Made by a program: the position numbers and the translations under genes. The notes under the pieces were generated by a model that made no database searches, was not told where the DNA came from, and saw nothing but the letters and a program-made list of their open reading frames with translations. A DNA stretch of 64,000 bases from Obrimoposthia wandeli (taxonomy: Eukaryota), in assembly GCA_977020255.1 (NCBI GenBank), contig CDROCS010000095.1, forward strand, positions 1 to 64,000, given 5' to 3'. Positions 20,259 to 32,385 of the stretch are shown one piece after another (within the stretch, counting starts at the first letter, position 1; the number at the start of each line of letters is the position of its first letter).

Positions 20259-21754
20259 TGGCTAACGAAAACCCACTGACTTCAGGACCAGCAGAAGCGT
20301 ACGCGATACCTGAGATGCGTCGTATTAAACGCATTCATTTTATTGGTATTGGTGGTGTTGGTATGTGTGGTATTGCCGAAGTGTTATTAAATCAGGGTTA
20401 TCAAATTAGCGGTTCTGATTTACGTCAGTCTGCGGTTACTCAGCATCTGATTAATATGGGGGCTGAGGTTTTTTTAGGTCACCAAGGTGAAAATGTAAAC
20501 GATGTTGATGTTGTTGTTGTTTCAACGGCTATTGATGAAAACAACCCTGAAATTAAACACGCGATGGAAAAACGTATTCCTATCGTACGCCGTGCAGAAA
20601 TGCTGGCTGAATTAATGCGTTTTCGCCATGGTATTGCAGTAGCAGGAACCCACGGTAAAACGACAACAACCAGTTTGGTTACGTCAATATTAGCGCAAGC
20701 AAAATTAGATCCTACTTATGTTATTGGTGGACGTCTAAATAGCTCAGGTACCAATGCGCGTTTAGGTGCGAGTCGTTATTTGGTTGCAGAAGCGGATGAG
20801 AGTGATGCGTCGTTTTTACATTTGCAGCCGATGACATCGATCGTTACCAATATCGACGCCGACCATATGGAAACTTATGGTGGTGACTTTGGTAAGTTAA
20901 AACAAACATTTATCGATTTTTTACATAATTTACCATTCTATGGCTTGGCAGTACTGTGTATAGACGACGATAATGTGCGTGAGATTTTACCGCAAGTATC
21001 CCGCAAGTTTATTACTTACGGTTTGAGTGAGGATGCTGATTTCCGTGCCTTCGATATTGTGCAAGAAGGATTGTTCACAAGCTTTAAAGTTAAGCGCCCT
21101 GATGGAGCTGTTGATTTGGTAGTGCGCATGCGCATGCCAGGAGTGCATAACGTCTTGAATGCGTTAGCGGCCATCGTGGTTGCAGCGGATGAAAAAGTGG
21201 ATGATGAATCCATCGTTCATGCGCTAGAAAATTTTGCTGGTGTGGGTCGTCGTTTCCAAGTCTGTGCGGAAGTTGAATGCACCGATACTGAGGGTAACTC
21301 AGGCAGTGTGTTATTAGTTGATGACTATGGTCATCATCCACGCGAAGTAGAAGTTACTTTAGAAGCCATTCGTAAAGGCTTTCCAGAGCGTCGGTTAGTC
21401 GCATTATTTCAACCTCATCGCTATAGCCGTACTCGTGATTTGTATGAAGATTTTGTCCGGGTTTTATCTGAGCCGGATGTTTTATTATTAATGGATGTTT
21501 ATCCTGCCGGTGAAAAGCCGATTGCAGGAGCGGAAGGTCGTGCTTTATGTCGCAGTATTCGTCAGCGCGGTGCTTTAGACCCTGTCTTTATTGAGCGTGG
21601 CGAAGATGTTTCGCAAGTACTCAGTAAGGTATTAAAGCCTGGAGATTTATTATTGACTCAGGGCGCGGGTGATGTCGGTAACTTGGCCATTACTTTAACT
21701 CAGCAATTGCCTAAGATTGTTGCCAATTGTGCTGCTGTTAAAGGTGATCAATAA
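20258..21754 (+). CDS. murC: UDP-MurNAc-L-Ala ligase MurC
   Basis: [42 protein letters not shown]. Confidence 0.98.
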   Translation: MANENPLTSGPAEAYAIPEMRRIKRIHFIGIGGVGMCGIAEVLLNQGYQISGSDLRQSAVTQHLINMGAEVFLGHQGENVNDVDVVVVSTAIDENNPEIKHAMEKRIPIVRRAEMLAELMRFRHGIAVAGTHGKTTTTSLVTSILAQAKLDPTYVIGGRLNSSGTNARLGASRYLVAEADESDASFLHLQPMTSIVTNIDADHMETYGGDFGKLKQTFIDFLHNLPFYGLAVLCIDDDNVREILPQVSRKFITYGLSEDADFRAFDIVQEGLFTSFKVKRPDGAVDLVVRMRMPGVHNVLNALAAIVVAADEKVDDESIVHALENFAGVGRRFQVCAEVECTDTEGNSGSVLLVDDYGHHPREVEVTLEAIRKGFPERRLVALFQPHRYSRTRDLYEDFVRVLSEPDVLLLMDVYPAGEKPIAGAEGRALCRSIRQRGALDPVFIERGEDVSQVLSKVLKPGDLLLTQGAGDVGNLAITLTQQLPKIVANCAAVKGDQ

Positions 21755-21755
21755 A

Positions 21756-22688
21756 ATGAGTTATGAAATTTCAATGAGTGAAAAAGCTGCGTTAGGAAGA
21801 GTCGCTGTATTGATGGGCGGCACGTCTGCAGAGCGTCCCGTATCATTAAATAGCGGAACCGCAGTATTGAACGCGTTATTAGAAATTGGTGTAGATGCTT
21901 TTGGCATTGATGTTGGTAAAAATGCTGCGGAGCAATTATCACAAGCAAAATTTGATCGTGCATTTATTGCACTGCATGGTCGCGGTGGTGAAGACGGCAC
22001 CATGCAGGGTTTATTAGAATTATTAAATAAACCTTATACTGGCAGTGGCGTCATGGCTTCTGCGTTGGGTATGGATAAATGGCGCACCAAATTAGTTTGG
22101 GATGCTTGTGGTGTTGCTACACCCAAAGCATTTGTCTTAGAAAAAAATAGTGATTGGGATTCTATCATGCAAGCCTTGGGTGGCTTGGCGATGGTGAAAC
22201 CTGCGCGAGAAGGTTCCAGCATTGGAATGCGCAAAGTGCATAGCAGTGGAGGTTTGGCTGATAGTTATGCGTTTGCCTCTCAGCATGATGATCTTGTTAT
22301 TGCAGAGCAGTACGTGGAAGGCAAAGAGTTCACGGTTGCTATTTTAGGTGACGAAGCATTACCTGCGATACAGCTGATAACAACGCATGATTTTTATGAT
22401 TTTGATGCTAAATATAAAGCTAATGATACTCAGTACTTATTACCTTCTGGATTGCCAGATTATGCCGAAGGCGAATTACAAAAAATGTCACTGAAGGCCT
22501 TTAAGTTAATTGGTTGTACCGGCTGGGGTCGGGTCGATGCTATGCAGGATGAAGATGGTGATTTTTGGTTGTTGGAAGTGAATACCAGTCCAGGCATGAC
22601 AGATCATTCGTTAGTGCCAATGGCCGCTAAAGCTGGAGGGTTATCCTTCCCTGCTTTAGTTGTAAATATTTTACAACAGACGCTTTAG
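21756..22688 (+). CDS. ddl: D-alanine--D-alanine ligase
   Basis: GGTSAERPVSL, LHGRGGEDG, EGSSIG, LEVNTSPGMT. Confidence 0.96.
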   Translation: MSYEISMSEKAALGRVAVLMGGTSAERPVSLNSGTAVLNALLEIGVDAFGIDVGKNAAEQLSQAKFDRAFIALHGRGGEDGTMQGLLELLNKPYTGSGVMASALGMDKWRTKLVWDACGVATPKAFVLEKNSDWDSIMQALGGLAMVKPAREGSSIGMRKVHSSGGLADSYAFASQHDDLVIAEQYVEGKEFTVAILGDEALPAIQLITTHDFYDFDAKYKANDTQYLLPSGLPDYAEGELQKMSLKAFKLIGCTGWGRVDAMQDEDGDFWLLEVNTSPGMTDHSLVPMAAKAGGLSFPALVVNILQQTL

Positions 22689-22701
22689 CAGGTATTGAAA
22701 A

Positions 22702-23559
22702 ATGTTTGTTAGCTCAATGAAAGATCAAGCGACTAAGTCTCATAATGACAGGTCTAAAGCTGAAAAGTCGAAGCGTAAACAGCGCTCGACTCAGCACGCT
22801 TCATCTGCACGAGCGACAACGAATAAAGGAGCGACCCGATTAAAAACGAAAATACCTTTTTCTTTTACTCGAGTCGCAGCCTTAATACCCGCGTGGTTTG
22901 TGCAGTCGGTATTTGTTATATCGCTATTGGTTTTAGCAGGCTGGGGTTTGCAGCAAGTACGTTGGGGCTGGCCTGTTGAACAGGTAGAGATTGAAGGCGA
23001 ATTTCGTTTTTGGCAGGCGGAAGAGTTAGCAAAGCAATTGTTGTGGGTAAAAGAGCAGAACTTTTTCTCTCTTGATGTGCATCAGGTTAAAACGGATATT
23101 GAGCAGTTGCCGTTAATAAAAAGTGTGCAGGTAAAAAAGATTTGGCCTGATACTTTGTTAGTTAAATTTAAAGAAGATATTCCGGTGGCTATGTGGAATC
23201 AAAAAACATTGCTTAACCCTCAAGGTGAGGAGTTAGTTTTACCGCATCACTTTGATGCAGAGGGCCTGCCAAGATTATTTGGCCCCAAGAATAAAACAGA
23301 GCAGGTAATGCGACAGTTTCAGCGTTTTCAGTCGCGCTTATTATCTGTTGATGCGGCCATAGTGAGTTTAACTATGAATACGGTAGGAAGCTGGCAAGTA
23401 GAATTAGCAAACGGCTGGATGATTCGTTTAGGTCGTCAGCAGTTGGAACAGCGCTTAGAGCGTTTAATAGAATTACTTAAAATACTGCCACAAGAAAAAG
23501 TAGCAGTTGTTGATCTTAGATATGGAAAAGGGGCAGCGATTCAATGGCTGCCCGTTTAG
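22702..23559 (+). CDS. ftsQ: Cell division protein FtsQ
   Basis: TM plus POTRA-like region (LP.IKSVQVKKIWPDTL), C-terminal DLRY; lies between ddl and ftsA. Confidence 0.92.
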   Translation: MFVSSMKDQATKSHNDRSKAEKSKRKQRSTQHASSARATTNKGATRLKTKIPFSFTRVAALIPAWFVQSVFVISLLVLAGWGLQQVRWGWPVEQVEIEGEFRFWQAEELAKQLLWVKEQNFFSLDVHQVKTDIEQLPLIKSVQVKKIWPDTLLVKFKEDIPVAMWNQKTLLNPQGEELVLPHHFDAEGLPRLFGPKNKTEQVMRQFQRFQSRLLSVDAAIVSLTMNTVGSWQVELANGWMIRLGRQQLEQRLERLIELLKILPQEKVAVVDLRYGKGAAIQWLPV

Positions 23560-23569
23560 GAGTAGGACC

Positions 23570-24805
23570 ATGAGTCAAGGGCCGCAGAAAAACATGCTGG
23601 TTGGACTGGATATAGGAACGTCTAAAGTTGTCGCCATTGTTGGTGAAATGACTGAAGAAGGCGGAGTTGAAATTGTTGGTCTGGGATCGCATCCTAGTCG
23701 AGGCATGAAGAAAGGTGTAGTGGTTAATATCGAATCCACTGTGCAATCTATTCAGCGCGCGGTAGAAGAAGCTGAGTTAATGGCTGGATGTCGTATTCAC
23801 TCGGTTTATGTCGGAATCGCGGGCAGCCATATTCAATCTATGAATTCTCATGGCATGGTCGCGATTAAAGATCGTGAAGTCAGTTATGGTGACATTGAAC
23901 GGGTTATTGAAGCGGCAAAAGCCGTTCCGCTTCATGGTGAAAATCGTATTTTGCATGTACTTCCTCAAGAGTATTCGATTGATACTCAAGAAGGTATTAA
24001 AGAACCTATTGGCATGTCGGGTGTACGCTTAGAAGCGAAAGTTCACATGGTGACAGGTGCAGTCAATGCCGCACAAAATATTGAACGCTGCGTACAGCGT
24101 TGTGGTTTAGAAACCGACGATATTATTTTAGAGCAACTCGCCTCAAGCTATGCGGTTTTAACGGAAGATGAAAAAGAATTAGGAGTTTGTCTTGTCGATA
24201 TCGGCGGAGGCACAACCGATATTGCCATTTTTACTGATGGTGCGATTCGTCATACTGCCGTCATTCCTATTGCGGGTGATCAGGTTACCAATGATATCGC
24301 GATGGCATTACGTACTCCGACTCAGCATGCAGAAGAAATTAAAATTAAATATGCGTGTGCGTTAACGCAGTTAGCGAAAGAAGATGAAACGATCAAGGTT
24401 CCCAGTGTCGGGGATCGACCGGCAAGGGATTTATCTCGCATGGCTTTAGCAGAAGTTGTTGAGCCACGATACGATGAATTATTCACATTAATTCAGGCGG
24501 AATTGCGTCGTAGCGGTTATGAAGAATTGGTCGCTGCAGGAATCGTTTTAACAGGTGGTACGTCGAAGATGGAAGGCGTTGTTGAATTGGCGGAAGAAAT
24601 TTTTCATATGCCGGTGCGTTTAGCGAAGCCGATTGGCGTCTCTGGATTAGTCGATGTGATTAATAATCCGATTTATGCCACGTCTGTTGGCCTCTTGTTG
24701 TACGCAGCAATGCAGCAAAATGACCCAATTAAAACAAATAACCGAGAAGAAGTGCCTTTAGACTTCTTTTCGCGCGTAAAACAATGGATTCAAAACAATT
24801 TTTAA
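23570..24805 (+). CDS. ftsA: Cell division protein FtsA
   Basis: GLDIGTSKV, DIGGGTTD, VLTGG. Confidence 0.98.
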   Translation: MSQGPQKNMLVGLDIGTSKVVAIVGEMTEEGGVEIVGLGSHPSRGMKKGVVVNIESTVQSIQRAVEEAELMAGCRIHSVYVGIAGSHIQSMNSHGMVAIKDREVSYGDIERVIEAAKAVPLHGENRILHVLPQEYSIDTQEGIKEPIGMSGVRLEAKVHMVTGAVNAAQNIERCVQRCGLETDDIILEQLASSYAVLTEDEKELGVCLVDIGGGTTDIAIFTDGAIRHTAVIPIAGDQVTNDIAMALRTPTQHAEEIKIKYACALTQLAKEDETIKVPSVGDRPARDLSRMALAEVVEPRYDELFTLIQAELRRSGYEELVAAGIVLTGGTSKMEGVVELAEEIFHMPVRLAKPIGVSGLVDVINNPIYATSVGLLLYAAMQQNDPIKTNNREEVPLDFFSRVKQWIQNNF

Positions 24806-24878
24806 TATTAAATAGTGGTTGCGCATTGCGCAGCTCAGAAAAGGAGAAGGAGCTATGTCTCAGCAACGGGAAGGGGAT

Positions 24879-26057
24879 ATGTTCGAATTAGCAGATGATC
24901 CGCAACAAAATGCAGTGATCAAAGTTATCGGTGTGGGTGGCGGTGGCGGTAATGCCGTGCAACACATGGTCGTTAATAATATTGAAGGTGTAGAATTTAT
25001 CTGCGCTAACACAGATTCGCAAGCGCTACGTAAAGTAGAAGCACGTTCTGTTATTCAATTGGGCGGCGCTGTTACAAAAGGTTTAGGTGCTGGTGCGAAT
25101 CCTGAAGTAGGACGTCAAGCAGCCTTAGAAGATCGAGATCGTATCGCAGAAGCCATTAGTGGTGCTGATATGATATTTATTACAGCAGGCATGGGTGGTG
25201 GTACCGGAACCGGTGGTGCACCTGTGGTTGCTGAAGTAGCAAAAGAATTAGGTATTTTGACGGTAGCGGTTGTAACTAAGCCATTTCCGTTTGAAGGTAA
25301 AAAGCGTTCATTGATTGCTGAGCAAGGATTAGCTCAGTTGGCTGAAAGCGTTGATTCCTTAATTACAATACCTAATGAAAAGCTATTGAGCGTATTGGGT
25401 AAAAACAGCAGTTTGCTAGACGCTTTTAGCGCGGCAAACGATGTATTGCTAGGTGCCGTACAAGGTATTGCTGATTTGATCATGCGTCCAGGTATGATCA
25501 ACGTCGATTTCGCCGATGTGCGAACGGTGATGTCTGAAATGGGTCAAGCCATGATGGGCACGGGTTCTGCTACCGGTGATAATCGTGCTCGCGAAGCAGC
25601 AGAAATGGCAATTGGCAGTCCTTTATTAGAAGACGTCGATTTACAAGGTGCTCGTGGTATCTTGGTTAATGTTACTGCTGGCTTGGATCTTACTTTGGGT
25701 GAGTTTACTGAAGTTGGCCAAGTGATTGAAGAGTTTGCGTCTGAGCATGCAACCGTGGTTATTGGAACAGTAATTGATCATGATTTAGTCGATGAACTAA
25801 AAGTGACTGTTGTTGCAACAGGCCTTGGGGTAAAAACATCCGCTGCTGAAAAGCCTAAAAAGGTGGTTGATAATACCGTAGCAGCAGAACCCGTTAGAAA
25901 AGTACCGACAACGGTAGCGGATTATGCTGAATTAGATAAACCTGCTCATATTCGTAATCAAGCTGCAAAAGCGCAATCGACTAGGTCAGAAAGCGCCAAA
26001 GAGAAGGATATGGACTATTTGGACATTCCCGCTTTTTTGCGTCGACAGGCTGATTAA
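24879..26057 (+). CDS. ftsZ: Cell division protein FtsZ (alternative start at 24855)
   Basis: [19 protein letters not shown] tubulin motif, C-terminal [11 protein letters not shown]. Confidence 0.98.
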   Translation: MFELADDPQQNAVIKVIGVGGGGGNAVQHMVVNNIEGVEFICANTDSQALRKVEARSVIQLGGAVTKGLGAGANPEVGRQAALEDRDRIAEAISGADMIFITAGMGGGTGTGGAPVVAEVAKELGILTVAVVTKPFPFEGKKRSLIAEQGLAQLAESVDSLITIPNEKLLSVLGKNSSLLDAFSAANDVLLGAVQGIADLIMRPGMINVDFADVRTVMSEMGQAMMGTGSATGDNRAREAAEMAIGSPLLEDVDLQGARGILVNVTAGLDLTLGEFTEVGQVIEEFASEHATVVIGTVIDHDLVDELKVTVVATGLGVKTSAAEKPKKVVDNTVAAEPVRKVPTTVADYAELDKPAHIRNQAAKAQSTRSESAKEKDMDYLDIPAFLRRQAD

Positions 26058-26087
26058 CGAATCGTTACTGGCGCGCTCACCTATACT

Positions 26088-26096
26088 TGGTATAAT
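26088..26096 (+). promoter_or_regulatory. Extended -10 promoter upstream of lpxC
   Basis: TG-G-TATAAT, a perfect extended -10, 55 nt upstream of the ATG. Confidence 0.6.
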
Positions 26097-26151
26097 GAGC
26101 CGTTAGTAATAATAATTAGTTAGTTTTAATCAACAATATTGGTACATCGAC

Positions 26152-27060
26152 ATGATTCGTCAGAGAACACTGAAAAATACAATCCGCGCAACTGGCGTTG
26201 GTCTGCACTCAGGTGAAAAAGTATACCTGACGCTCAAACCTGCACCTGTCGATCACGGCATTGTATTCCGACGTGTTGATCTAGAGCCCATTGTTGATAT
26301 TCAAGCAAAAGCGACCAATGTGGGTGAAACCACAATGTCGACGACGTTAGTTCAAGACGGTGTACGCGTTGATACTGTTGAGCATCTATTATCTGCCATG
26401 GCAGGTTTAGGTATCGATAATGCGATTGTTGAACTGAGTGCTCAAGAAGTGCCTATTATGGACGGCAGCGCTGGTCCATTTGTTTTCTTGATTCAATCCG
26501 CGGGTATTGCTGAGCAATCAAAAGCTAAACGCTTTATTCGTATCAAGAAAAAAGTTGAAGTGCGTGAAGGTGATAAGGTAGCGTCATTTGTACCTTATAA
26601 CGGCTTTAAAGTTACTTTTGAAATCGAATTTGATCATCCTGCATTCAAACAAAGTGCACAAAAAGCCAGCTTAGACTTCTCTTCTACCTCTTTTGTTAAA
26701 GAAGTGAGTCGTGCTCGTACATTCGGATTCATGAAAGATATCGAATTTTTACGCTCTAAAAACCTAGCGTTAGGCGGCAGCGTCAATAACGCGATTGTGG
26801 TTGATGAGTATCGTGTCTTAAACGAAGACGGTTTACGTTATGAAGATGAATTCGTAAAGCACAAAATTCTAGATGCCGTAGGTGATTTGTACCTATTGGG
26901 ACATAGTTTGATGGGAGAGTTTGTAGGCTTTAAGTCAGGACATGGTTTGAATAACAAGCTATTGCGTGAACTTGAGTTACAAACGGATGCATGGGAATTT
27001 GTTGAATACGAAGAAGAAGATGCACCTATCTCTTATACCAAACCTGTTGCGGCTATTTAG
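26152..27060 (+). CDS. lpxC: UDP-3-O-acyl-GlcNAc deacetylase LpxC
   Basis: [36 protein letters not shown]. Confidence 0.98.
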   Translation: MIRQRTLKNTIRATGVGLHSGEKVYLTLKPAPVDHGIVFRRVDLEPIVDIQAKATNVGETTMSTTLVQDGVRVDTVEHLLSAMAGLGIDNAIVELSAQEVPIMDGSAGPFVFLIQSAGIAEQSKAKRFIRIKKKVEVREGDKVASFVPYNGFKVTFEIEFDHPAFKQSAQKASLDFSSTSFVKEVSRARTFGFMKDIEFLRSKNLALGGSVNNAIVVDEYRVLNEDGLRYEDEFVKHKILDAVGDLYLLGHSLMGEFVGFKSGHGLNNKLLRELELQTDAWEFVEYEEEDAPISYTKPVAAI

Positions 27061-27122
27061 AGACTCGCTATTAGAGTATGGTAACGTATTGAAACGTTAA
27101 CAAATTGTGTGATTTTCAAAAT

Positions 27123-27147
27123 AAAGGCCATACTTATTATGGCCTTT
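27123..27147. terminator. Perfect 10-bp hairpin between lpxC and the M23 gene
   Basis: AAAGGCCATA-CTTAT-TATGGCCTTT. Confidence 0.55.
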
Positions 27148-27176
27148 GATATATTTGGATACCTATACTAACTATC

Positions 27177-28103
27177 ATGAATATCATTATCGTCGGTAAA
27201 CGGCATGGACAATCGAAAACATACTCACTAGGGCCAGTAGCGCGTTTTTTGCTGCTGACGTCTATTTGTGTATTGCCGTTTGCCATGGGCGCGACGGGAT
27301 ATTTATTAGCCGCACATTTAGCGGATAAAGGTTTATTAGACCCTGTTGCCGCAAAGGCTTGGGAAAAAGACCTTGATGATCAGCGTCAAGAATTACAGCA
27401 AATACGCCAGCATGCCGATCAAGAACTCGATGGTTTAACCCTCCGATTAGCAGAATTACAAGCCAAACTATTACGCATTGACGCCCTTGGCGAACGCTTA
27501 ATTGATATTACTCAGATTAATGCTGATGAATTCGATTTCTCTTCGGTACCTGCTGTTGGTGGCCCAGGAACACTGGGTGAAAGCTATCAAGCTCCTGAAA
27601 TTCAATCTGTCTTAGATAAACTGGCTTCCAGAATTGATCGTCGCGAACAGCAATTAGAAGTGCTAGATGATTTGCTGTTAGCCAATAAAATTAAAACAGA
27701 TACCTTTGTTGCTGGCCGACCTATTAAGCGCGGCTGGATGTCTTCTCGCTATGGTAAGCGTACCGACCCTTTTAATGGTCGTTTAGCTTGGCATGCCGGA
27801 GTCGATTTTGCGGGTAAGCAAGGTTCTGACGTTGTCGCTGTTGCTTCTGGTGTTGTCACTTGGGCCAGCGATCGTTACGGTTATGGTAAGTTAGTTGAAA
27901 TTAATCATGGCAACGGCTATAAAACCCGTTATGCCCATGGTGCTAAAATCCTGGTTAATCTGGGTGATGTGGTTCGTAAAGGCGATGTCATCGCCGAAAT
28001 GGGCAGCAGCGGTCGCTCTACTGGCCCTCACGTTCATTTTGAAGTCTATAAAAACGGTCGTACTGTTGATCCAGCAGCCTACTTGCACCGTACTTTGCGC
28101 TAA
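27177..28103 (+). CDS. M23-family metallopeptidase with N-terminal TM and coiled coil
   Basis: HAGVD (HxxxD) and HVH (HxH) LytM motifs; conserved position upstream of secA. Confidence 0.92.
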   Translation: MNIIIVGKRHGQSKTYSLGPVARFLLLTSICVLPFAMGATGYLLAAHLADKGLLDPVAAKAWEKDLDDQRQELQQIRQHADQELDGLTLRLAELQAKLLRIDALGERLIDITQINADEFDFSSVPAVGGPGTLGESYQAPEIQSVLDKLASRIDRREQQLEVLDDLLLANKIKTDTFVAGRPIKRGWMSSRYGKRTDPFNGRLAWHAGVDFAGKQGSDVVAVASGVVTWASDRYGYGKLVEINHGNGYKTRYAHGAKILVNLGDVVRKGDVIAEMGSSGRSTGPHVHFEVYKNGRTVDPAAYLHRTLR

Positions 28104-28222
28104 ATCTTTGTAATCTCTCTCTTTTTTGTTATAAATATGGGAAACCTTGTTTAAAGGCCTTTAAATGGTCTTCTAGGATCTTTCTCGCTGTCTCTATTTT
28201 TTGGATTTAAAAAACAATAATC

Positions 28223-30994
28223 ATGATCGGTAATCTATTTAGTAAAATTTTTGGTAGCAAAAATGACCGCGAATTAAAGCGGATGGGTAAAGTCGTTGTT
28301 AAAATTAACGCACTTGAAGAATCTTTAGCAGCGCTCTCAGATAGCGAATTACAGGCAAAAACTCCTGAATTCAAACAAAAGTTAGCGGATGGTATTGCCT
28401 TGGATGATATCTTGCCAGAAGCGTTCGCCGTCTGTCGCGAAGCCAGTAAGCGTATCATGAACATGCGCCACTTTGATGTGCAGTTGATCGGTGGTATGAC
28501 CTTGCATGAAGGTAATATCGCAGAGATGCGTACGGGTGAAGGTAAAACCCTTGTGGGTACTTTGGCAACCTACTTAAATGCATTATCCGGCAAAGGTGTT
28601 CACATTGTTACCGTGAACGATTATTTGGCAAGTCGTGATGCTGAGTGGATGCGTCCATTGTATGAATTCTTAGGTTTAACGTTGGGTGTTGTTATTCCTG
28701 GATTAGATCCTGCAAGCAAGCGTGCTCAGTACGATTGTGATATCACTTACGGTACTAATAACGAATTTGGTTTTGATTACCTGCGTGACAATATGGCGTT
28801 CTCTACGTCTGAGAAAGCCCAGCGTGAATTAAATTTTGCCATCGTCGATGAGGTAGATTCGATCTTAATCGATGAAGCCCGTACACCGCTTATTATTTCT
28901 GGCCCTGCCGAAGATAGTTCAGCTTTGTATAAAAAGATGAATATCTTGATTCCTCAACTTACTCAGCATATTGAGGCAGAAGAAGGGAAGGAAGGTAAGG
29001 AAGAGAAGCCGGGTCACTATATCCTGGATGAAAAGCAGCGCTCTATTGAACTGACCGAAATGGGTCATGAATATGTAGAAGAAATGCTAGAGCAAGAAGG
29101 AGTCTTGAAAGAGGGTGAGAGTCTTTATTCTTCCTCTAATTTAACGCTTCTGCATCATGTTAATTCGGCATTACGCGCTCACGTTATCTACCAGAAAAAC
29201 GTCGATTATATTATCCAGAATAATCAAATTGTAATCGTTGATGAGCATACGGGCCGTACTATGCCTGGACGTCGTTGGGGTGAAGGTTTACACCAAGCGA
29301 TTGAAGCCAAAGAAGGCGTTAATATTCAGGCTGAAAGCCAAACGTTAGCATCAACTACCTTTCAGAACTTCTTCCGCTTGTATAACAAGTTAAGTGGAAT
29401 GACTGGTACGGCTGATACGGAAGCGTTTGAATTCCATCAGATTTATAACTTGGCGGTGGTTGCTATTCCTACCAATAAGCAAGTTAAGCGTATTGATTAT
29501 AACGACTTGGTATTTTTAACTCAGGCCGAAAAATACGAAGCCGTGATTGAAGAAGTTCGTGAAGTTGTCGCACAAAAACGCCCTGTTTTAGTCGGTACGG
29601 CTTCTATTGAAACATCAGAGCTATTGTCCGCTGCGCTAACTAAAGCAAAAGTAGGGCACAGTGTTTTAAACGCTAAGCAGCATGAAAAAGAAGCACAGAT
29701 TATTGCGCAAGCGGGTGCTGCGGGTTCTATTACCATCGCAACGAACATGGCGGGTCGTGGTACTGATATCGTCTTAGGCGGCAACTGGGAAGTTGAAGTC
29801 AGTGCGTTAGACAATCCAACAGCGCAACAGATTGCTGATATTAAAGCCGCTTGGCAGACGCGCCATGACGAAGTATTGGCCGCCGGTGGTTTGCATATTA
29901 TTGCAACAGAGCGCCATGAATCGCGTCGTATTGATAATCAGCTACGTGGTCGTGCTGGTCGTCAGGGTGATGCGGGTTCTTCACGTTTCTTCTTATCATT
30001 AGAAGATAGCCTAATGCGTATATTTATGTCGGATCGTATCCGCAACATGATGAAAGCGTTAGGTATGGAAAAAGGCGAATCCATTGAGCACCGCATGGTG
30101 AGTAATGCGATTGAAAAAGCCCAGCGTAAAGTTGAAGGTCGTAACTTTGATATTCGTAAACAGCTTTTAGAATATGATGATGTGGCAAATGATCAGCGCC
30201 GTGTTATTTACGATCAGCGTAACGATATTATGGCCTCGGATGATATTTCCGATGTCGTGGCTAATATTCGCCATGACGTTTTGCAAGAAGCGATTGATAA
30301 GCATATTCCTCGTCAAAGCTTAGAAGAGCAGTGGGATATTACGGGTCTTGAAGCTGAACTTAAATCTGAGTTTGATTTGGATTTACCGTTGAAGCAATGG
30401 TTGGAGTCTGACGATAAACTTTATGAAGAGAATTTACGTGAGCGTATCACGACTGCACTAAATGATGCTTATAAAGCGAAAGAAGATTCAGTTGAATCGG
30501 TTCCAGGCCAGCCAAATCCATTGCGTATGTTCGAGAAGCAAGTAATGCTGCAGATCGTTGATAACCTTTGGAAAGAGCACTTGGCGACGATGGATCACTT
30601 GCGTCAGGGTATTCACTTACGCGGTTATGCTCAGAAGAACCCTAAGCAAGAATATAAGCGTGAAGCGTTTGAGTTATTCCAAGAATTATTAGAAAACATG
30701 AAGCGTGAAAGTATTCGTATTCTTTCGCACGTGAAAGTACGCCAAGAAGAAGATGTTCGTGCAATGGAAGAGCAGCGCCGCGCTCAGGCAGAAGCTCAAG
30801 CACAGCAATCTAGCTATCAGCATGAGTCTGCTCAGAGTATGACAGCAGACAATACTGAAGATGGTGATAACGCAGAAGCTGCTGAGGCGGCACAGCCTTT
30901 TGTTCGAGAAGACAAAAAGGTGGGTCGTAATGAACCTTGCCCTTGTGGGTCAAACAAAAAGTATAAGCAGTGTCACGGTAAGTTGACTGCTTAA
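28223..30994 (+). CDS. secA: Preprotein translocase ATPase SecA
   Basis: [24 protein letters not shown]-terminal SEC-C motif [14 protein letters not shown]. Confidence 0.99.
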   Translation: MIGNLFSKIFGSKNDRELKRMGKVVVKINALEESLAALSDSELQAKTPEFKQKLADGIALDDILPEAFAVCREASKRIMNMRHFDVQLIGGMTLHEGNIAEMRTGEGKTLVGTLATYLNALSGKGVHIVTVNDYLASRDAEWMRPLYEFLGLTLGVVIPGLDPASKRAQYDCDITYGTNNEFGFDYLRDNMAFSTSEKAQRELNFAIVDEVDSILIDEARTPLIISGPAEDSSALYKKMNILIPQLTQHIEAEEGKEGKEEKPGHYILDEKQRSIELTEMGHEYVEEMLEQEGVLKEGESLYSSSNLTLLHHVNSALRAHVIYQKNVDYIIQNNQIVIVDEHTGRTMPGRRWGEGLHQAIEAKEGVNIQAESQTLASTTFQNFFRLYNKLSGMTGTADTEAFEFHQIYNLAVVAIPTNKQVKRIDYNDLVFLTQAEKYEAVIEEVREVVAQKRPVLVGTASIETSELLSAALTKAKVGHSVLNAKQHEKEAQIIAQAGAAGSITIATNMAGRGTDIVLGGNWEVEVSALDNPTAQQIADIKAAWQTRHDEVLAAGGLHIIATERHESRRIDNQLRGRAGRQGDAGSSRFFLSLEDSLMRIFMSDRIRNMMKALGMEKGESIEHRMVSNAIEKAQRKVEGRNFDIRKQLLEYDDVANDQRRVIYDQRNDIMASDDISDVVANIRHDVLQEAIDKHIPRQSLEEQWDITGLEAELKSEFDLDLPLKQWLESDDKLYEENLRERITTALNDAYKAKEDSVESVPGQPNPLRMFEKQVMLQIVDNLWKEHLATMDHLRQGIHLRGYAQKNPKQEYKREAFELFQELLENMKRESIRILSHVKVRQEEDVRAMEEQRRAQAEAQAQQSSYQHESAQSMTADNTEDGDNAEAAEAAQPFVREDKKVGRNEPCPCGSNKKYKQCHGKLTA

Positions 30995-31015
30995 GCAAGT
31001 ACTAAGCGGACAGTA

Positions 31016-31045
31016 AAGAGGGCAGCTTAGGCTGTCCTTTTTTTT
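31016..31045 (+). terminator. Rho-independent terminator after secA
   Basis: AGGGCAGC-TTAG-GCTGTCCT followed by a T run. Confidence 0.8.
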
Positions 31046-31134
31046 GTCTGATTTTTTATCTGCGTATTTTTATGAAAGATTAAAATAATGCAGGTAAAAT
31101 GGCATTAATAGAAATTTAACAGTGCGAGAAGAAC

Positions 31135-32373
31135 ATGGCTGTCGGTTTAGAAGTATTAAAAAATTATCATCCAGTAAATGGCATTCGTATCGGTATTGCT
31201 CAAGCGGGCATTAAGTACGCAGGTCGAAATGATCTCGTGATTTTTGAACTTGCAGAAGGCAGCCGAGTGAGTGGTGTATTTACACTTAATGCTTTTTGCG
31301 CGGCCCCAGTACAAGTATCTAAAAAGCATTTAGCAGAAGCGGATACTCGCTATCTGGTGATTAATACCGGTAATGCCAATGCAGGTACTGGGCCACAAGG
31401 CATGATTGATGCGTTAGCAACATGTGAACAGCTTGCCCAGCTAACCGGAGTTAACAGCAATCAAATTCTGCCTTTTTCAACGGGTGTGATTGGTGAGCCA
31501 TTACCAATGGCTAAATTGCTTGCGGGATTATCTCCAGCGCTGGAAAATTTAGCCGTGGATGTTTGGTCTAGTGCGGCCACAGGTATCATGACAACGGATA
31601 CTTTGCCAAAAGGCTACAGCCAGCAAGTTGAAGTTGCTAACCTTGCAACCAGTAAAACGGAAGTTCTTACCATTTCAGGCATCTCAAAAGGTGCTGGTAT
31701 GATTATGCCAAACATGGCAACCATGTTAGCGTACCTAACAACCGATGCTGTCATCGCCAAGCCGTTATTGGATGTGATGTGCAAAGAGCTGGCGGATAAA
31801 TCGTTCAATCGGGTCACAATTGATGGTGATACTTCGACTAACGATTCTTGTATGTTAATCGCCACCGCACAAGCCGATATGGCAGAAATCAACAGTAAAG
31901 ATGACCCTCGTTATAGTGCTGTGTTCGATGCCTTGTTAGAGGCCTTTATGATTCTCTCTCATGCGATTGTGCGTGATGGTGAAGGCGCGACTAAGTTTGT
32001 TACCATGGAAGTTCAGCAAGCGGCCAGTGTGCAAGAAGCGCTGGATGTTGCTTATACCGTTGCACACTCACCGTTGGTTAAAACTGCTTTATTTGCGTGT
32101 GATGCTAACTGGGGACGTATTTTGGCGGCCGTCGGTCGAGCAGGGGTAAAGAATATGGTTATAGAAGATATTGATATCTACCTTGATGATGTTTGCATCG
32201 TAAAAAGTGGCGGCCGTGCGGCAAGTTATACCGAGGAAGCTGGTGCGGCAATTTTTGCGCAGGCAGAGATTACCATCAGCATTCGTTTAGGTCGCGGCGA
32301 CGTGACAGAGCGAGTTTGGACAACGGACCTTTCTCATGAGTATGTCAGTATCAATGCTGACTACCGTTCTTAA
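31135..32373 (+). CDS. argJ: Bifunctional ornithine acetyltransferase/N-acetylglutamate synthase ArgJ
   Basis: KGAGMIMPNMATML autoproteolysis site, DGDTSTND, DGEGATK, NWGRI. Confidence 0.97.
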   Translation: MAVGLEVLKNYHPVNGIRIGIAQAGIKYAGRNDLVIFELAEGSRVSGVFTLNAFCAAPVQVSKKHLAEADTRYLVINTGNANAGTGPQGMIDALATCEQLAQLTGVNSNQILPFSTGVIGEPLPMAKLLAGLSPALENLAVDVWSSAATGIMTTDTLPKGYSQQVEVANLATSKTEVLTISGISKGAGMIMPNMATMLAYLTTDAVIAKPLLDVMCKELADKSFNRVTIDGDTSTNDSCMLIATAQADMAEINSKDDPRYSAVFDALLEAFMILSHAIVRDGEGATKFVTMEVQQAASVQEALDVAYTVAHSPLVKTALFACDANWGRILAAVGRAGVKNMVIEDIDIYLDDVCIVKSGGRAASYTEEAGAAIFAQAEITISIRLGRGDVTERVWTTDLSHEYVSINADYRS

Positions 32374-32385
32374 GTTATCGTAACG

